A DNA stretch of 64,000 nt from Eledone cirrhosa (GCA_964016885.1 CAXHJY010000329.1:62001-126000); one strand, 5' to 3'; shown: positions 28,410-44,454, counted from the first letter of the stretch. Numbers and translations are program-made. Notes: generated by a model from the letters alone, not told the origin.

Positions 28410-31400
28410 AATATTGGCAGAATGGGTGGAGCGTCAGACAACAGAGTTATGGTTTATACTCCCTGTTATTAGACTATAATATTGGCAGAATGGGTGGAGC
28501 GTCAGACAACAGAGTTATGGTTTATACGCCCTGTTATTAGACAATAATATTGGCAGAATGGGTGGAGCGTCAGACAACAGAGTTATGGTTTATACGCCCT
28601 GTTATTAGACTATAATATTGGCAGAATGGGTGGAGCGTCAGACAATAGAGTTATGGTTTATACGCCCTGTTATTAGACTATAATATTGGCAGAATGGGTG
28701 GAGCGTCAGACACCAGAGTTATGGTTAATACGCCCTGTTATTAGACTATAATATTGGCAGAATGGGTGGAGCGTCAGACAACAGACTTATGGTTTATACG
28801 CCCTGTTATTAGACTATAATATTGGCAGAATGGGTGGAGCAGCAGACAACAGAGATATGGTTTATACGCCCTGTTATTAGACTATAATATTGGCAGAATC
28901 TGTGGAGCGTCAGACAATAGAGTTATGATTTATACGCCCTGTTATTAGACTATAATATTGGCAGACTGGGTGGAGCGTCAGACACCAGAGTTATGGTTTA
29001 TACGCCCTGTTATTAGACTATAATATTGGCAGAATGGGTGGAGCGTCAGACAACAGGTTTATGATTTATACGCCCTGTTATTAGACTATAATATTGGCAG
29101 AATGGGTGGAGCGTCAGACAACAGAGTTATGGTTTATACGCAGTTATTAGACTATAATATTGGCAGAATGGGTGGAGCATCAGACACCAGAGTTATGGTT
29201 TATACGCCCTGTTATTAGACTATAATATTGGCAGAATGGGTGGAGCGTCAGACACCAGAGTTATGGTTTATACGCCCTGTTATTAGACTATAATATTGGC
29301 AGAATGGGTGGAGCATCAGACAACAGAGTTATGGTTTATACGCCCTGTTATTAGACTATAATATTGGCAGAATGGGTGGAGCATCAGGCACCAGAGTTAT
29401 GATTTATACGCCCTGGTATTAGACTATAATATTGGCAGAATTGGTGGAGCGTCAGACAACAGAGTTATGGTTTATACGTCCGGTTATTAGACTATAATAT
29501 TGGCAGAATGGGTGGAGCGTCAGACACCAGAGTTATGGTTTATACGCCCTGTTATTAGACTATAATATTGGCAGAATGGGTGGAGCGTCAGACACCAGAG
29601 TTATGGTTTTTACGCCCTGTTATTAGACTATAATATTGGCAGAATGGGTGGAGCATCAGACACCAGAGTTATGGTTTATACGCCCTGTTATTAGACTATA
29701 ATATTGGCAGAATGGGTGGAGCATCAGACACCAGAGTTATGGTTTATACACCCTGTTATTAGACTATAATATTGGCAGAAAGGGTGGAGCGTCAGACACC
29801 AGAGTGATGGTTTATACGCCCTGTTATTAGACTATAATATTGGCAGAATGGGTGGAGCGTCAGGCACCAGAGTTATGGTTTATACGCCCTGTTATTAGAT
29901 TATAATATTGGCAGAATGTGTGGAGCGTCAGACAACAGAGTTATGGTTTATACGCACTGTAATTAGACTATAATATTGGCAGAATGGGTGGAGCGTCAGA
30001 CACCAGAGTTATGGTTATACGCCCTGTTATTAGACTATAATATTGGCAGAATGGGTGGAGCGTCAGACAACAGAGTTATGGTTTATACGCCCTGTTATTA
30101 GACTATAATATTGGCAGAATGGGTGGAGCATCAGACACCAGAGTTATGGTTTATACGCCCTGTTATTAGACTATAATATTGGCAGAATGGGTGGAGCGTC
30201 AGACACCAGAGTTATGGTTTATACGCCCTGTTATTAGACTATAATATTGGCAGAATGGGTGGAGCATCAGACACCAGAGTTATGGTTTATACGCCCTGTT
30301 ATTAGACTATAATATTGGCAGAATGGGTGGAGCATCAGACACCAGAGTTATGGTTATTACGCCCTGTTATTAGACTATAATATTGGCAGAATGGGTGGAG
30401 CGTCAGACAACAGAGTTATGGTTTATACGCCCTGTTATTAGACTATAATATTGGCAGAATGGGTGGAGCGTCAGACAACAGAGTTATGGTTTATACGCCC
30501 TGTTATTAGACTATCATATTGGCAGAATGGGTGGAGCGTCAGACAACAGAGTTATGGTTTATACGCCCTGTTATTAGACTATAATATTGGCAGAATGGGT
30601 GGAGCGTCAGACACCAGAGTTATGGTTTATACGCCCTGTTATTAGACTATAATATTGGCAGAATGGGTGGAGCGTCAGACAACAGAGTTATGGTTTATAC
30701 GCCCTGTTATTAGACTATAATATTGGCAGAATGGGTGGAGCGTCAGACAACAGAGTTTTGGTTTATACGCTCTGTTATCAGACTATAATATTGGCAGAAT
30801 GGGTGGAGCGTCAGACACCAGAGTTATGGGTCATACGCCCTGTTATTAGACTATAATATTGGCAGAATGGGTGGAGCGTCAGACAACAGAGTTATGGTTT
30901 ATACGCCCTGTTATTAGACTATAATATTGGCAGAACGGGTGGAGCGTCAGACAACAGAGTTATGGTTTATACGCCCTGTTATTAGACTATAATATTGGCA
31001 GCATGGGTGGAGCGTCAGACGACAGAGTTATGGTTTATACGCCTTGTTATTAGACTATAATATTGGCAGAATGTGTGGAGCGTCAGACAACAGAGTTATG
31101 GTTTATACGCCCTGTTATTAGACTATAATATTGGCAGAATGGGTGGAGCGTCAGACAAGAGAGTTATGGTTTATACGCCCTGCTATTAGACAATAATATT
31201 GGCAGAATTGGTGGAGCGTCAGACAACAGAGTTATGGTTTATACGCCCTGTTATTAGACTATAGTATTGGCAGAATGGGTGGAGCGTCAGACAACAGAGT
31301 TATGGTTTATACGCCCTGTTATTAGACTATAATATCGGCAGAATGGGTGGAGCGTCAGACACCAGAGTTATGGTTTATACGCCCTGTTATTAGACTATAA

Positions 31401-33570
31401 TATTGGCAGAATGGGTGGAGCGTCAGACAACAGAGTTATGGTTTATACGCCCTGTTATTAGACTATAATATTGGCAGAATGGGTGGAGCATCAGACACCA
31501 GAGTTATGGTTTATACGCCCTGTTGTTAGACTATAATATTGGCAGAATGGGTGGAGCGTCAGACAACAGAGTTATGGTTTATACGCCCTGTTATTAGACT
31601 ATAATATTGGCAGAATGGGTGGAGCGTCAGACAACAGAGTTATGGTTTATACGCCCTGTTATTAGACTATAATATTGGCAGAATGGGTGGAGCGTCAGAC
31701 AACAGAGTTATGGTTTATACGCCCTGTTATTAGACTATAATATTGGCAGAATGGGTGGGGCGTCAGACAACAGAGTTATAGTTTAAACGCCCTGTTATTA
31801 GACTATAATATTGGGAGAATGGGTGGAGCGTCTGACAACAGAGTTATGGTTTATACGCCCTGTTATTAGACTATAATATTGGCAGAATGGGTGGAGCGTC
31901 AGACAACAGACTTATGTTTTATACGCCCTGTTATTAGACTATAATATTGGCAGAATGGGTGGAGCGGCAGACAACAGAGATATGGTTTATACGCCCTGTT
32001 ATTAGACTATAATATTGGCAGAATCTGTGGAGCGTCAGACAATAGAGTTATGGTTTATACGCCCTGTTATTAGACTATAATATTGGCAGAATGGGTGGAG
32101 CGTCAGACAACAGAGTTATGGTTTATACGCCCTGTTATTAGACTATAATATTGGCAAAATGGGTGGAGCGTCAGACACCAGAGTTATGTTTTATACGCCC
32201 TGTTATTAGACTATAATATTGGCAGAATGGGTGGAGTGTCAGACAACAGTGTTATGGTTTATACGCCCTGTTATTAGACTATAATATTGGCAGAATAGGT
32301 GGAGCGTCAGACAACAGAGTTATGGTTTATACGCCCTGTTATTAGACTATAATATTGGCAGAATGGGTGGAGCGTCAGACAACAGACTTATGTTTTATAC
32401 GCCCTGTTATTAGACTATAATATTGGCAGAATGGGTGGAGCGGCAGACAACAGAGATATGGTTTATACGCCCTGTTATTAGACTATAATATTGGCAGAAT
32501 CTGTGGAGCGTCAGACAATAGAGTTATGGTTTATACGCCCTGTTATTAGACTATAATATTGGCAGAATGGGTGGAGCGTCAGACAACAGAGTTATGGTTT
32601 ATACGCCCTGTTATTAGACTATAATATTGGCAAAATGGGTGGAGCGTCAGACACCAGAGTTATGTTTTATACGCCCTGTTATTAGACTATAATATTGGCA
32701 GAATGGGTGGAGTGTCAGACAACAGTGTTATGGTTTATACGCCCTGTTATCAGACTATAATATTGGCAGAATGGGTGGAGCGTCAGGCACCAGAGTTATG
32801 GTTTATACGCCCTGTTATTAGACTATAATATTGGCAGAATGGGTGGAGCGTCAGACACCAGAGTTCTGGTTTATGCGCCCTGTTATTAGACTATATTATT
32901 GGCAGAATGTGTGGAGCGTCAGACAACAGAGTTATGGTTTATACGCACTGTTATTAGACTATAATATTGGCAGAATGGGTGGAGCGTCAGACACCAGAGT
33001 TATGGTTTATACGCCCTGTTATTAGACTATAATATTGGCAGAATGGGTGGAGCGTCAGACAACAGAGTTATGGTTTATACGCCCTGTTATTAGACTATAA
33101 TATTGGCAGAATGGGTGGAGCATCAGACACAGAGTTATGGTTTATACGCCCTGTTATTAGACTATAATATTGGCAGAATGGGTGGAGCGTCAGACACCAG
33201 AGTTATAGTTTATACGCCCTGTTATTAGACTATAATATTGGCAGAATGGGTGGAGCATCAGACACCAGAGTTATGGTTTATACGCCCTGTTATTAGACTA
33301 TAATATTGGCAGAATGGGTGGAGCATCAGACAGCAGAGTTATGGTTTATACGCCCTGTTATTAGACTATAATATTGGCAGAATGGGTGGAGCGTCAGACA
33401 ACAGAGTTTTGGTTTATACGCCCTGTTATTAGACTATAATATTGGCAGAATGGGTGGAGCGTCAGACAACAGAGTTATGGTTTATACGCCCTGTTATTAG
33501 ACTATCATATTGGCAGAATGGGTGGAGCGTCAGACAACAGAGTTATGGCTTATACGCCCTGTTATTAGAC
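28410..33570. repeat. Dispersed ~5 kb variant block, copy B (approximate limits)
   Basis: Same marker order as copy A. ORFs at 30451, 32831 and 33442. Offset 14950 = 220x68 - 10, matching the intervening indels. Confidence 0.85.
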
Positions 33571-33916
33571 TATAATATTGGCAGAATGGGTGGAGCGTCA
33601 GACACCAGAGTTATGGTTTATACGCCCTGTTATTAGACTATAATATTGGCAGAATGGGTGTAGCGTCAGACAACAGAGTTATGGTTTATACGCCCTCTTA
33701 TTAGACTATAATATTGGCAGAATGGGTGGAGCGTCAGACAACAGAGTTATGGTTTATACGCCCTGTTATTAGACTATAATATTGGCAGAATGGGTGGAGC
33801 GTCAGACAACAGAGTTATGGTTTATACGCTCTGTTATCAGACTATAATATTGGCAGAATGGGTGGAGCGTCAGACACCAGAGTTATGGTTTATACGCCCT
33901 GTTATTAGACTATAAT

Positions 33917-36900
33917 ATTGGCAGAATGGGTGGAGCGTCAGACAACAGAGTTATGGTTTATACGCCCTGTTATTAGACAATAATATTGGCAGAATGGGTG
34001 GAGCGTCACACAACAGAGTTATGGTTTATACGCCCTGTTATTAGACTATAGTATTGGCAGAATGGGTGGAGCGTCAGACAACAGAGTTATGGTTTATACG
34101 CCCTGTTATTAGACTATAATATCGGCAGAATGGGTGGAGCGTCAGACACCAGAGTTATGGTTTATACGCCCTGTTATTAGACTATAATATTGGCAGAATG
34201 GGTGGAGCGTCAGACAACAGAGTTATGGTTTATACGCCCTGTTATTAGACTATAATATTGGCAGAATGGGTGGAGCATCAGACACCAGAGTTATGGTTTA
34301 TACGCCCTGTTGTTAGACTATAATATTGGCAGAATGGGTGGAGCGTCAGACACCAGAGTTATGGTTTATACGCCCTGTTATTAGACTATAATATTGGCAG
34401 AATGGGTGGAGCGTCAGACAACAGAGTTATGGTTTATACGCCCTGTTATTAGACTATAATATTGGCAGAATGGGTGGAGCGTCAGACAACAGAGTTATGG
34501 TTTATACGCCCTGTTATTAGACTATAATATTGGCAGCATGGGTGGAGCGTCAGACACCAGAGTTATGGTTTATACGCCCTGTTATTAGACTATAATATTG
34601 GCAGAATGGGTGGAGCGTCAGACAACAGAGTTATGGTTTATACGCCCTGTTATTAGACTATAATATTGGCAGAATGGGTGGAGCATCAGACACCAGAGTT
34701 ATGGTTTATACGCCCTGTTATTAGACTATAATATTGGCAGAATGGGTGGAGCATCAGACACCAGAGTTATGGTTTATACGCCCTGTTGTTAGACTATAAT
34801 ATTGGCAGAATGGGTGGAGCATCAGACACCAGAGTTATGGTTTATACGCCCTGTTATTAGACTATAATATTGGCAGAATGGGTGGAGCATCAGACACCAG
34901 AGTTATGGTTTATACGCCCTGTTGTTAGACTATAATATTGGCAGAATGGGTGGAGCGTCAGACACCAGAGTTATGGTTTATACGCCCTGTTATTAGACTA
35001 TAATATTGGCAGAATGGGTGGAGCGTCAGACAACAGAGTTATGGTTTATACGCCCTGTTATTAGACTATAATATTGGCAGAATGGGTGGAGCATCAGACA
35101 CCAGAGTTATGGTTTATACGCCCTGTTGTTAGACTATAATATTGGCAGAATGGGTGGAGCGTCAGACACCAGAGTTATGGTTTATACGCCCTGTTATTAG
35201 ACTATAATATTGGCAGAATGGGTGGAGCATCAGACACCAGAGTTATGGTTTATACGCCCTGTTGTTAGACTATAATATTGGCAGAATGGGTGGAGCATCA
35301 GACACCAGAGTTATGGTTTATACGCCCTGTTGTTAGACTATAATATTGGCAGAATGGGTGGAGCGTCAGACACCAGAGTTATGGTTTATACGCCCTGTTA
35401 TTAGACTATAATATTGGCAGAATGGGTGGAGCATCAGACACCAGAGTTATGGTTTATACGCCCTGTTGTTAGACTATAATATTGGTAGAATGGGTGGAGC
35501 GTCAGACACCAGAGTTATGGTTTATACGCCCTGTTATTAGACTATAATATTGGCAGAATGGGTGGAGCGTCAGACAACAGAGTTATGGTTTATACGCCCT
35601 GTTATTAGACTATAATATTGGCAGAATGGGTGGAGCGTCAGACAACAGAGTTATGGTTTATACGCCCTGTTATTAGACTATAATATTGGCAGAATGGGTG
35701 GGGCGTCAGACAACAGAGTTATAGTTTAAACGCCCTGTTATTAGACTATAATATTGGCAGAATGGGTGGAGCGTCTGACAACAGAGTTATGGTTTATACG
35801 CCCTGTTATTAGACTATAATATTGGCAGAATAGGTGGAGCGTCAGACAACAGAGTTATGGTTTATACGCCCTGTTATTAGACTATAATATTGGCAGAATG
35901 GGTGGAGCGTCAGACAACAGACTTATGTTTTATACGCCCTGTTATTAGACTATAATATTGGCAGAATGGGTGGAGCGGCAGACAACAGAGATATGGTTTA
36001 TACGCCCTGTTATTAGACTATAATATTGGCAGAATCTGTGGAGCGTCAGACAATAGAGTTATGGTTTATACGCCCTGTTATTAGACTATAATATTGGCAG
36101 AATGGGTGGAGCGTCAGACACCAGAGTTATGGTTTATACGCCCTGTTATTAGACTATAATATTGGCAGAATGGGTGGAGCGTCAGACAACAGGTTTATGA
36201 TTTATACGCCCTGTTATTAGACTATAATATTGGCAGAATGGGTGGAGCGTCAGACAACAGAGTTATGGTTTATACGCCCTGCTATTAGACAATAATATTG
36301 GCAGAATGGGTGGAGCGTCACACAACAGAGTTATGGTTTATACGCCCTGTTATTAGACTATAGTATTGGCAGAATGGGTGGAGCGTCAGACAACAGAGTT
36401 ATGGTTTATACGCCCTGTTATTAGACTATAATATCGGCAGAATGGGTGGAGCGTCAGACACCAGAGTTATGGTTTATACGCCCTGTTATTAGACTATAAT
36501 ATTGGCAGAATGGGTGGAGCGTCAGACAACAGAGTTATGGTTTATACGCCCTGTTATTAGACTATAATATTGGCAGAATGGGTGGAGCATCAGACACCAG
36601 AGTTATGGTTTATACGCCCTGTTGTTAGACTATAATATTGGCAGAATGGGTGGAGCGTCAGACACCAGAGTTATGGTTTATACGCCCTGTTATTAGACTA
36701 TAATATTGGCAGAATGGGTGGAGCGTCAGACAACAGAGTTATGGTTTATACGCCCTGTTATTAGACTATAATATTGGCAGAATGGGTGGAGCGTCAGACA
36801 ACAGAGTTATGGTTTATACGCCCTGTTATTAGACTATAATATTGGCAGCATGGGTGGAGCGTCAGACACCAGAGTTATGGTTTATACGCCCTGTTATTAG

Positions 36901-38404
36901 ACTATAATATTGGCAGAATGGGTGGAGCGTCAGACAACAGAGTTATGGTTTATACGCCCTGTTATTAGACTATAATATTGGCAGAATGGGTGGAGCATCA
37001 GACACCAGAGTTATGGTTTATACGCCCTGTTATTAGACTATAATATTGGCAGAATGGGTGGAGCATCAGACACCAGAGTTATGGTTTATACGCCCTGTTG
37101 TTAGACTATAATATTGGCAGAATGGGTGGAGCATCAGTCACCAGAGTTATGGTTTATACGCCCTGTTATTAGACTATAATATTGGCAGAATGGGTGGAGC
37201 ATCAGACACCAGAGTTATGGTTTATACGCCCTGTTGTTAGACTATAATATTGGCAGAATGGGTGGAGCGTCAGACACCAGAGTTATGGTTTATACGCCCT
37301 GTTATTAGACTATAATATTGGCAGAATGGGTGGAGCATCAGACACCAGAGTTATGGTTTATACGCCCTGTTATTAGACTATAATATTGGCAGAATGGGTG
37401 GAGCATCAGACACCAGAGTTATGGTTTATACGCCCTGTTGTTAGACTATAATATTGGCAGAATGGGTGGAGCATCAGACACCAGAGTTATGGTTTATACG
37501 CCCTGTTGTTAGACTATAATATTGGCAGAATGGGTGGAGCGTCAGACACCAGAGTTATGGTTTATACGCCCTGTTATTAGACTATAATATTGGCAGAATG
37601 GGTGGAGCATCAGACACCAGAGTTATGGTTTATACGCCCTGTTGTTAGACTATAATATTGGTAGAATGGGTGGAGCGTCAGACACCAGAGTTATGGTTTA
37701 TACGCCCTGTTATTAGACTATAATATTGGCAGAATGGGTGGAGCGTCAGACAACAGAGTTATGGTTTATACGCCCTGTTATTAGACTATAATATTGGCAG
37801 AATGGGTGGAGCGTCAGACAACAGAGTTATGGTTTATACGCCCTGTTATTAGACTATAATATTGGCAGAATGGGTGGGGCGTCAGACAACAGAGTTATAG
37901 TTTAAACGCCCTGTTATTAGACTATAATATTGGCAGAATGGGTGGAGCGTCTGACAACAGAGTTATGGTTTATACGCCCTGTTATTAGACTATAATATTG
38001 GCAGAATAGGTGGAGCGTCAGACAACAGAGTTATGGTTTATACGCCCTGTTATTAGACTATAATATTGGCAGAATGGGTGGAGCGTCAGACAACAGACTT
38101 ATGTTTTATACGCCCTGTTATTAGACTATAATATTGGCAGAATGGGTGGAGCGGCAGACAACAGAGATATGGTTTATACGCCCTGTTATTAGACTATAAT
38201 ATTGGCAGAATCTGTGGAGCGTCAGACAATAGAGTTATGGTTTATACGCCCTGTTATTAGACTATAATATTGGCAGAATGGGTGGAGCGTCAGACACCAG
38301 AGTTATGGTTTATACGCCCTGTTATTAGACTATAATATTGGCAGAATGGGTGGAGCGTCAGACAACAGGTTTATGATTTATACGCCCTGTTATTAGACTA
38401 TAAT
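33917..38404. repeat. Tandem duplication of ~32-34 monomers
   Basis: GTCACAC monomers start at 33985 and 36297 (34x68 apart). TTGGTAG monomers start at 35481 and 37657 (32x68 apart), with the same downstream variant order. Confidence 0.8.
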
Positions 38405-41400
38405 ATTGGCAGCATGGGTGGAGCGTCAGACAACAGAGTTATGGTTTATACGCCCTGTTATTAGACTATAATATTGGCAGAATGGGTGGAGCGTCAGACA
38501 ACAGAGTTATGGTTTATACGCCCTGTTATTAGACTATAATATTGGCAGAATGGGTGGAGCGTCAGACAACAGAGTTATGTTTTATACGCCCTGTTATTAG
38601 ACTATAATATTGGCAGAATGGGTGGAGTGTCAGACAACAGTGTTATGGTTTATACGCCCTGTTATTAGACTATAATATTAGCAGAATGGGTGGAGTGTCA
38701 GACAACAGTGTTATGGTTTATACGCCCTGTTATTAGACTATAATATTGGCAGAATGGGTGGAGCGTCAGGCACCAGAGTTATGGTTTATACGCCCTGTTA
38801 TTAGACTATAATATTGGCAGAATGGGTGGAGCGTCAGACACCAGAGTTCTGGTTTATGCGCCCTGTTATTAGACTATATTATTGGCAGAATGTGTGGAGC
38901 GTCAGACAACAGAGTTATGGTTTATACGCACTGTTATTAGACTATAATATTGGCAGAATGGGTGGAGCGTCAGACACCAGAGTTATGGTTTATACGCCCT
39001 GTTATTAGACTATAATATTGGCAGAATGGGTGGAGCGTCAGACAACAGAGTTATGGTTTATACGCCCTGTTATTAGACTATAATATTAGCAGAATGGGTG
39101 GAGCATCAGACACCAGAGTTATGGTTTATACGCCCTGTTATTAGACTATAATATTGGCAGAATGGGTGGAGCGTCAGACACCAGAGTTATAGTTTATACG
39201 CCCTGTTATTAGACTATAATATTGGCAGAATGGGTGGAGCATCAGACACCAGAGTTATGGTTTATACGCCCTGTTATTAGACTATAATATTGGCAGAATG
39301 GGTGGAGCATCAGACAGCAGAGTTATGGTTTATACGCCCTGTTATTAGACTATAATATTGGCAGAATGGGTGGAGCGTCAGACAACAGAGTTTTGGTTTA
39401 TACGCCCTGTTATTAGACTATAATATTGGCAGAATGGGTGGAGCGTCAGACAACAGAGTTATGGTTTATACGCCCTGTTATTAGACTATCATATTGGCAG
39501 AATGGGTGGAGCGTCAGACAACAGAGTTATGGTTTATACGCCCTGTTATTAGACTATAATATTGGCAGAATGGGTGGAGCGTCAGACACCAGAGTTATGG
39601 TTTATACGCCCTGTTATTAGACTATAATATTGGCAGAATGGGTGGAGCGTCAGACAACAGAGTTATGGTTTATACGCCCTGTTATTAGACTATAATATTC
39701 GCAGAATGGGTGGAGCGTCAGACAACAGAGTTATGGTTTATACGCCCTGTTATTAGACTATAATATTGGCAGAATGGGTGGAGCGTCAGACAACAGAGTT
39801 ATGGTTTATACGCTCTGTTATCAGACTATAATATTGGCAGAATGGGTGGAGCGTCAGACACCAGAGTTATGGTTTATACGCCCTGTTATTAGACTATAAT
39901 ATTGGCAGAATGGGTGGAGCGTCAGACAACAGAGTTATGGTTTATACGCCCTGCTATTAGACAATAATATTGGCAGAATGGGTGGAGCGTCACACAACAG
40001 AGTTATGGTTTATACGCCCTGTTATTAGACTATAGTATTGGCAGAATGGGTGGAGCGTCAGACAACAGAGTTATGGTTTATACGCCCTGTTATTAGACTA
40101 TAATATCGGCAGAATGGGTGGAGCGTCAGACACCAGAGTTATGGTTTATACGCCCTGTTATTAGACTATAATATTGGCAGAATGGGTGGAGCGTCAGACA
40201 ACAGAGTTATGGTTTATACGCCCTGTTATTAGACTATAATATTGGCAGAATGGGTGGAGCATCAGACACCAGAGTTATGGTTTATACGCCCTGTTGTTAG
40301 ACTATAATATTGGCAGAATGGGTGGAGCGTCAGACACCAGAGTTATGGTTTATACGCCCTGTTATTAGACTATAATATTGGCAGAATGGGTGGAGCGTCA
40401 GACAACAGAGTTATGGTTTATACGCCCTGTTATTAGACTATAATATTGGCAGCATGGGTGGAGCGTCAGACACCAGAGTTATGGTTTATACGCCCTGTTA
40501 TTAGACAATAATATTGGCAGAATGGGTGGAGCGTCAGACACCAGAGTTATGGTTTATACGCCCTGTTATTAGACAATAATATTGGCAGAATGGGTGGAGT
40601 GTCAGACAACAGTGTTATGGTTTATACGCCCTGTTATTAGACAATAATATTGGCAGAATGGGTGGAGCGTCAGACACCAGAGTTATGGTTTATACGCCCT
40701 GTTATTAGACTATAATATTGGCAGAATGGCTGGAGTGTCAGACACCAGATTTATGGTTTATACGCCCTGTTATTAGACTATAATATTGGCAGAATGGGTG
40801 GAGCGTCAGACACCAGAGTTATGGTTTATACGCCCTGTTATTAGACTATAATATTGGCAGAATGGGTGGAGTGTCAGACAACAGTGTTATGGTTTATACG
40901 CCCTGTTATTAGACTATAATATTGGCAGAATGGGTGGAGCGTCAGACACCAGAGTTATGGTTTATACGCCCTGTTATTAGACAATAATATTGGCAGAATG
41001 GGTGGAGCGTCAGACAACAGAGTCATAGTTTATACGCCCTGTTATTAGGCTATAACATTGGCAGAATGGGTGGAGCGTCAGACACCAGATTTATGGTTTA
41101 TACGCCCAGTTATTAGACTATAATATTGGCAGAATGGGTGGAGCGTCAGACAACAGAGTTATAGTTTATACGCCCTGTTATTAGACTATAATATTGGCAG
41201 AATGTGTGGAGCGTCAGACAACAGAGTTATGGTTTATACGCCCTGTTATTAGACTATAATATTGGTAGAATCTGTGGAGCGTCAGACAAAAGAGTTATGG
41301 TTTATACGCCCTGTTATTAGACTATAATATTGGCAGAATGGGTGGAGCGTCAGACACCAGAGTTATGGTTTATACGCCCTGTTATTAGACTATAATATTG

Positions 41401-44400
41401 GCAGAATGGGTGGAGCGTCAGACACCAGAGCTATGGTTTATACGCCCTGTTATTAGACTATAATATTGGCAGAATGGGTGGAGCGTCAGACAACAGAGTT
41501 ATGGTTAATACGCCCTGTTATTAGCCTATACTATTGGCAGAATGGGTGGAGTGTCAGACAACAGTGTTATGGTTTATACGCCCTGTTATTAGACTATAAT
41601 ATTGGCAGAATGGGTAGAGCGTCAGACAACAGAATTATGGTTTATACGCCCTGTTATTAGACTATAATATTGGCAGAATTGGTGGAGCGGCAGACAACAG
41701 AGATATGGTTTATACGCCCTGTTATTAGACTATAATATTGGCAGAATCTGTGGAGCGTCAGACAATAGAGTTATGGTTTATACGCCCTGTTATTATACTA
41801 TAATATTGGCAGAATGGGTGGAGCGTCAGACACCAGAGTTATGGTTTATACGCCCTGTTATTAGACTATAATATTGGCAGAATGGGTGGAGCGTCAGACA
41901 CCAGAGTCATGGTTTATACGCCCAGTTATTAGACTATCATATTGGCAGAAAGGGTGGAGCGTCAGACAACAGAGTCATGGTTTATGCGCCCTGTTATTAG
42001 ACTATAATATTGGCAGAATGGGTGGAGCGTCAGACACCAGAGATATGGTTTATAAGCCCTGTTATTAGACTATAATATTGGCAGAATCAGTGGAGCGTCA
42101 GACACCAGAGTTATGGTTTATACGCCCTGTTATTAGACTATAATATTGGCAGAATCTGTGGAGCGTCAGACAACAGAGTTATGGTTTATACGCCCTGTTA
42201 TTAGACTATAATATTGGCAGAATGGGTGGAGCGTCAGACACCAGAGTTATGGTTTATACGCCCTGTTATTAGACTATAATATTGGCAGAATGGGTGGAGC
42301 GTTAGACACCAGAGTTATGGTTTATACGCCCTGTTATTAGACTATAATATTGGCAGAATGGGTGGAGCGTCAGACAACAGAGTTTTGGTTTATACGCCCT
42401 GTTATTAGACTATAATATTGGCAGAATGGGTGGAGCGTCAGACAACAGAGTTATGGTTTATACGCCCTGTTATTAGACTATCATATTGGCAGAATGGGTG
42501 GAGCGTCAGACAACAGAGTTATGGTTTATACGCCCTGTTATTAGACTATAATATTGGCAGAATGGGTGGAGCGTCAGACACCAGAGTTATGGTTTATACG
42601 CCCTGTTATTAGACTATAATATTGGCAGAATGGGTGGAGCGTCAGACAACAGAGTTATGGTTTATACGCCCTGTTATTAGACTATAATATTGGCAGAATG
42701 GGTGGAGCGTCAGACAACAGAGTTTTGGTTTATACGCCCTGTTATTAGACTATAATATTGGCAGAATGGGTGGAGCGTCAGACAACAGAGTTATGGTTTA
42801 TACACCCTGTTATTAGACTATCATATTGGCAGAATGGGTGGAGCGTCAGACAACAGAGTTATGGTTTATACGCCCTGTTATTAGACTATAATATTGGCAG
42901 AATGGGTGCAGCGTCAGACAACAGAGTTATGGTTTATACGCCCTGTTATTAGACTATAATATTGGCAGAATGGGTGGAGCGTCAGACAACAGAGTTATGG
43001 TTTATACGCCCTGTTATTAGACTATAATATTGGCAGAATGGGTGGAGCGTCAGACAACAGAGTTATGGTTTATACGCCCTGTTATTAGACTATAATATTG
43101 GCAGAATGGGTGGAGCGTCAGACAACAGAGTTATGGTTTATACGCTCTGTTATCAGACTATAATATTGGCAGAATGGGTGGAGCGTCAGACACCAGAGTT
43201 ATGGTTTATACGCCCTGTTATTAGACTATAATATTGGCAGAATGGGTGGAGCGTCAGACAACAGAGTTATGGTTTATACGCCCTGCTATTAGACAATAAT
43301 ATTGGCAGAATGGGTGGAGCGTCACACAACAGAGTTATGGTTTATACGCCCTGATATTAGACTATAGTATTGGCAGAATGGGTGGAGCGTCAGACAACAG
43401 AGTTATGGTTTATACGCCCTGTTATTAGACTATAATATCGGCAGAATGGGTGGAGCGTCAGACACCAGAGTTATGGTTTATACGCCCTGTTATTAGACTA
43501 TAATATTGGCAGAATGGGTGGAGCGTCAGACAACAGAGTTATGGTTTATACGCCCTGTTATTAGACTATAATATTGGCAGAATGGGTGGAGCATCAGACA
43601 CCAGAGTTTTGGTTTATACGCCCTGTTGTTAGACTATAATATTGGCAGAATGGGTGGAGCGTCAGACACCAGAGTTATGGTTTATACGCCCTGTTATTAG
43701 ACTATAATATTGGCAGAATGGGTGGAGCGTCAGACAACAGAGTTATGGTTTATACGCCCTGTTATTAGACTATAATATTGGCAGAATGGGTGGAGCGTCA
43801 GACAACAGAGTTATGGTTTATACGCCCTGTTATTAGACTATAATATTGGCAGCATGGGTGGAGCGTCAGACAACAGAGTTATGGTTTATACGCCCTGTTA
43901 TTAGACTATAATATTGGCAGAATGGGTGGAGCGTCAGACAACAGAGTTATGGTTTATACGCCCTGTTATTAGACTATAATATTGGCAGAATGGGTGGAGC
44001 GTCAGACAACAGAGTTATGGTTTATACGCCCTGTTATTAGACAATAATATTGGCAGAATGGGTGGAGCGTCAGACAACAGAGTTATGGTTTATACGCCCT
44101 GTTATTAGACTATAATATTGGCAGAATGGGTGGAGCGTCAGACAACAGAGTTATGGTTTATACGCCCTGTTATTAGACTATAATATTGGCAGAATGGGTG
44201 GGGCGTCTGACAACAGAGTTATGGTTTATACGCCCTGTTATTAGACAATAATATTGGCAGAATGGGTGGGGCGTCTGACAACAGAGTTATGGTTTATACG
44301 CCCTGTTATTAGACAATAATATTGGCAGAATGGGTGGAGCGTCAGACAACAGGTTTATGATTTATACGCCCTGTTATTAGACTATAATATTGGCAGAATG

Positions 44401-44454
44401 GGTGGAGCGTCAGACAACAGATTTATGGTTTATACGCAGTTATTAGACTATAAT
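38065..44454. repeat. 94-monomer higher-order block, copy 1 (6390 bp)
   Basis: Six ORF-track entries (38814, 39426, 41466, 41874, 42418, 42758) recur exactly 6390 bp later. 6390 = 94x68 - 2, with the 2-bp-deletion monomer ending the block (44431-44440). Confidence 0.93.

Larger units (their letters stand above)
9600..29160. repeat. Domain of irregular ~35-39-monomer higher-order repeats, interrupted by part of block A
   Basis: A recurrent ordered string (TTATGTT, CTCTG/ATCAG, GTAATT, GGGGGG, TAGT, GCACT, GTTGTT, GGAAG, then AGGTTTATGA and the 2-bp deletion). Deletion-marker spacings include 2650 (39 units), 2378 (35) and 2446 (36). Confidence 0.8.
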
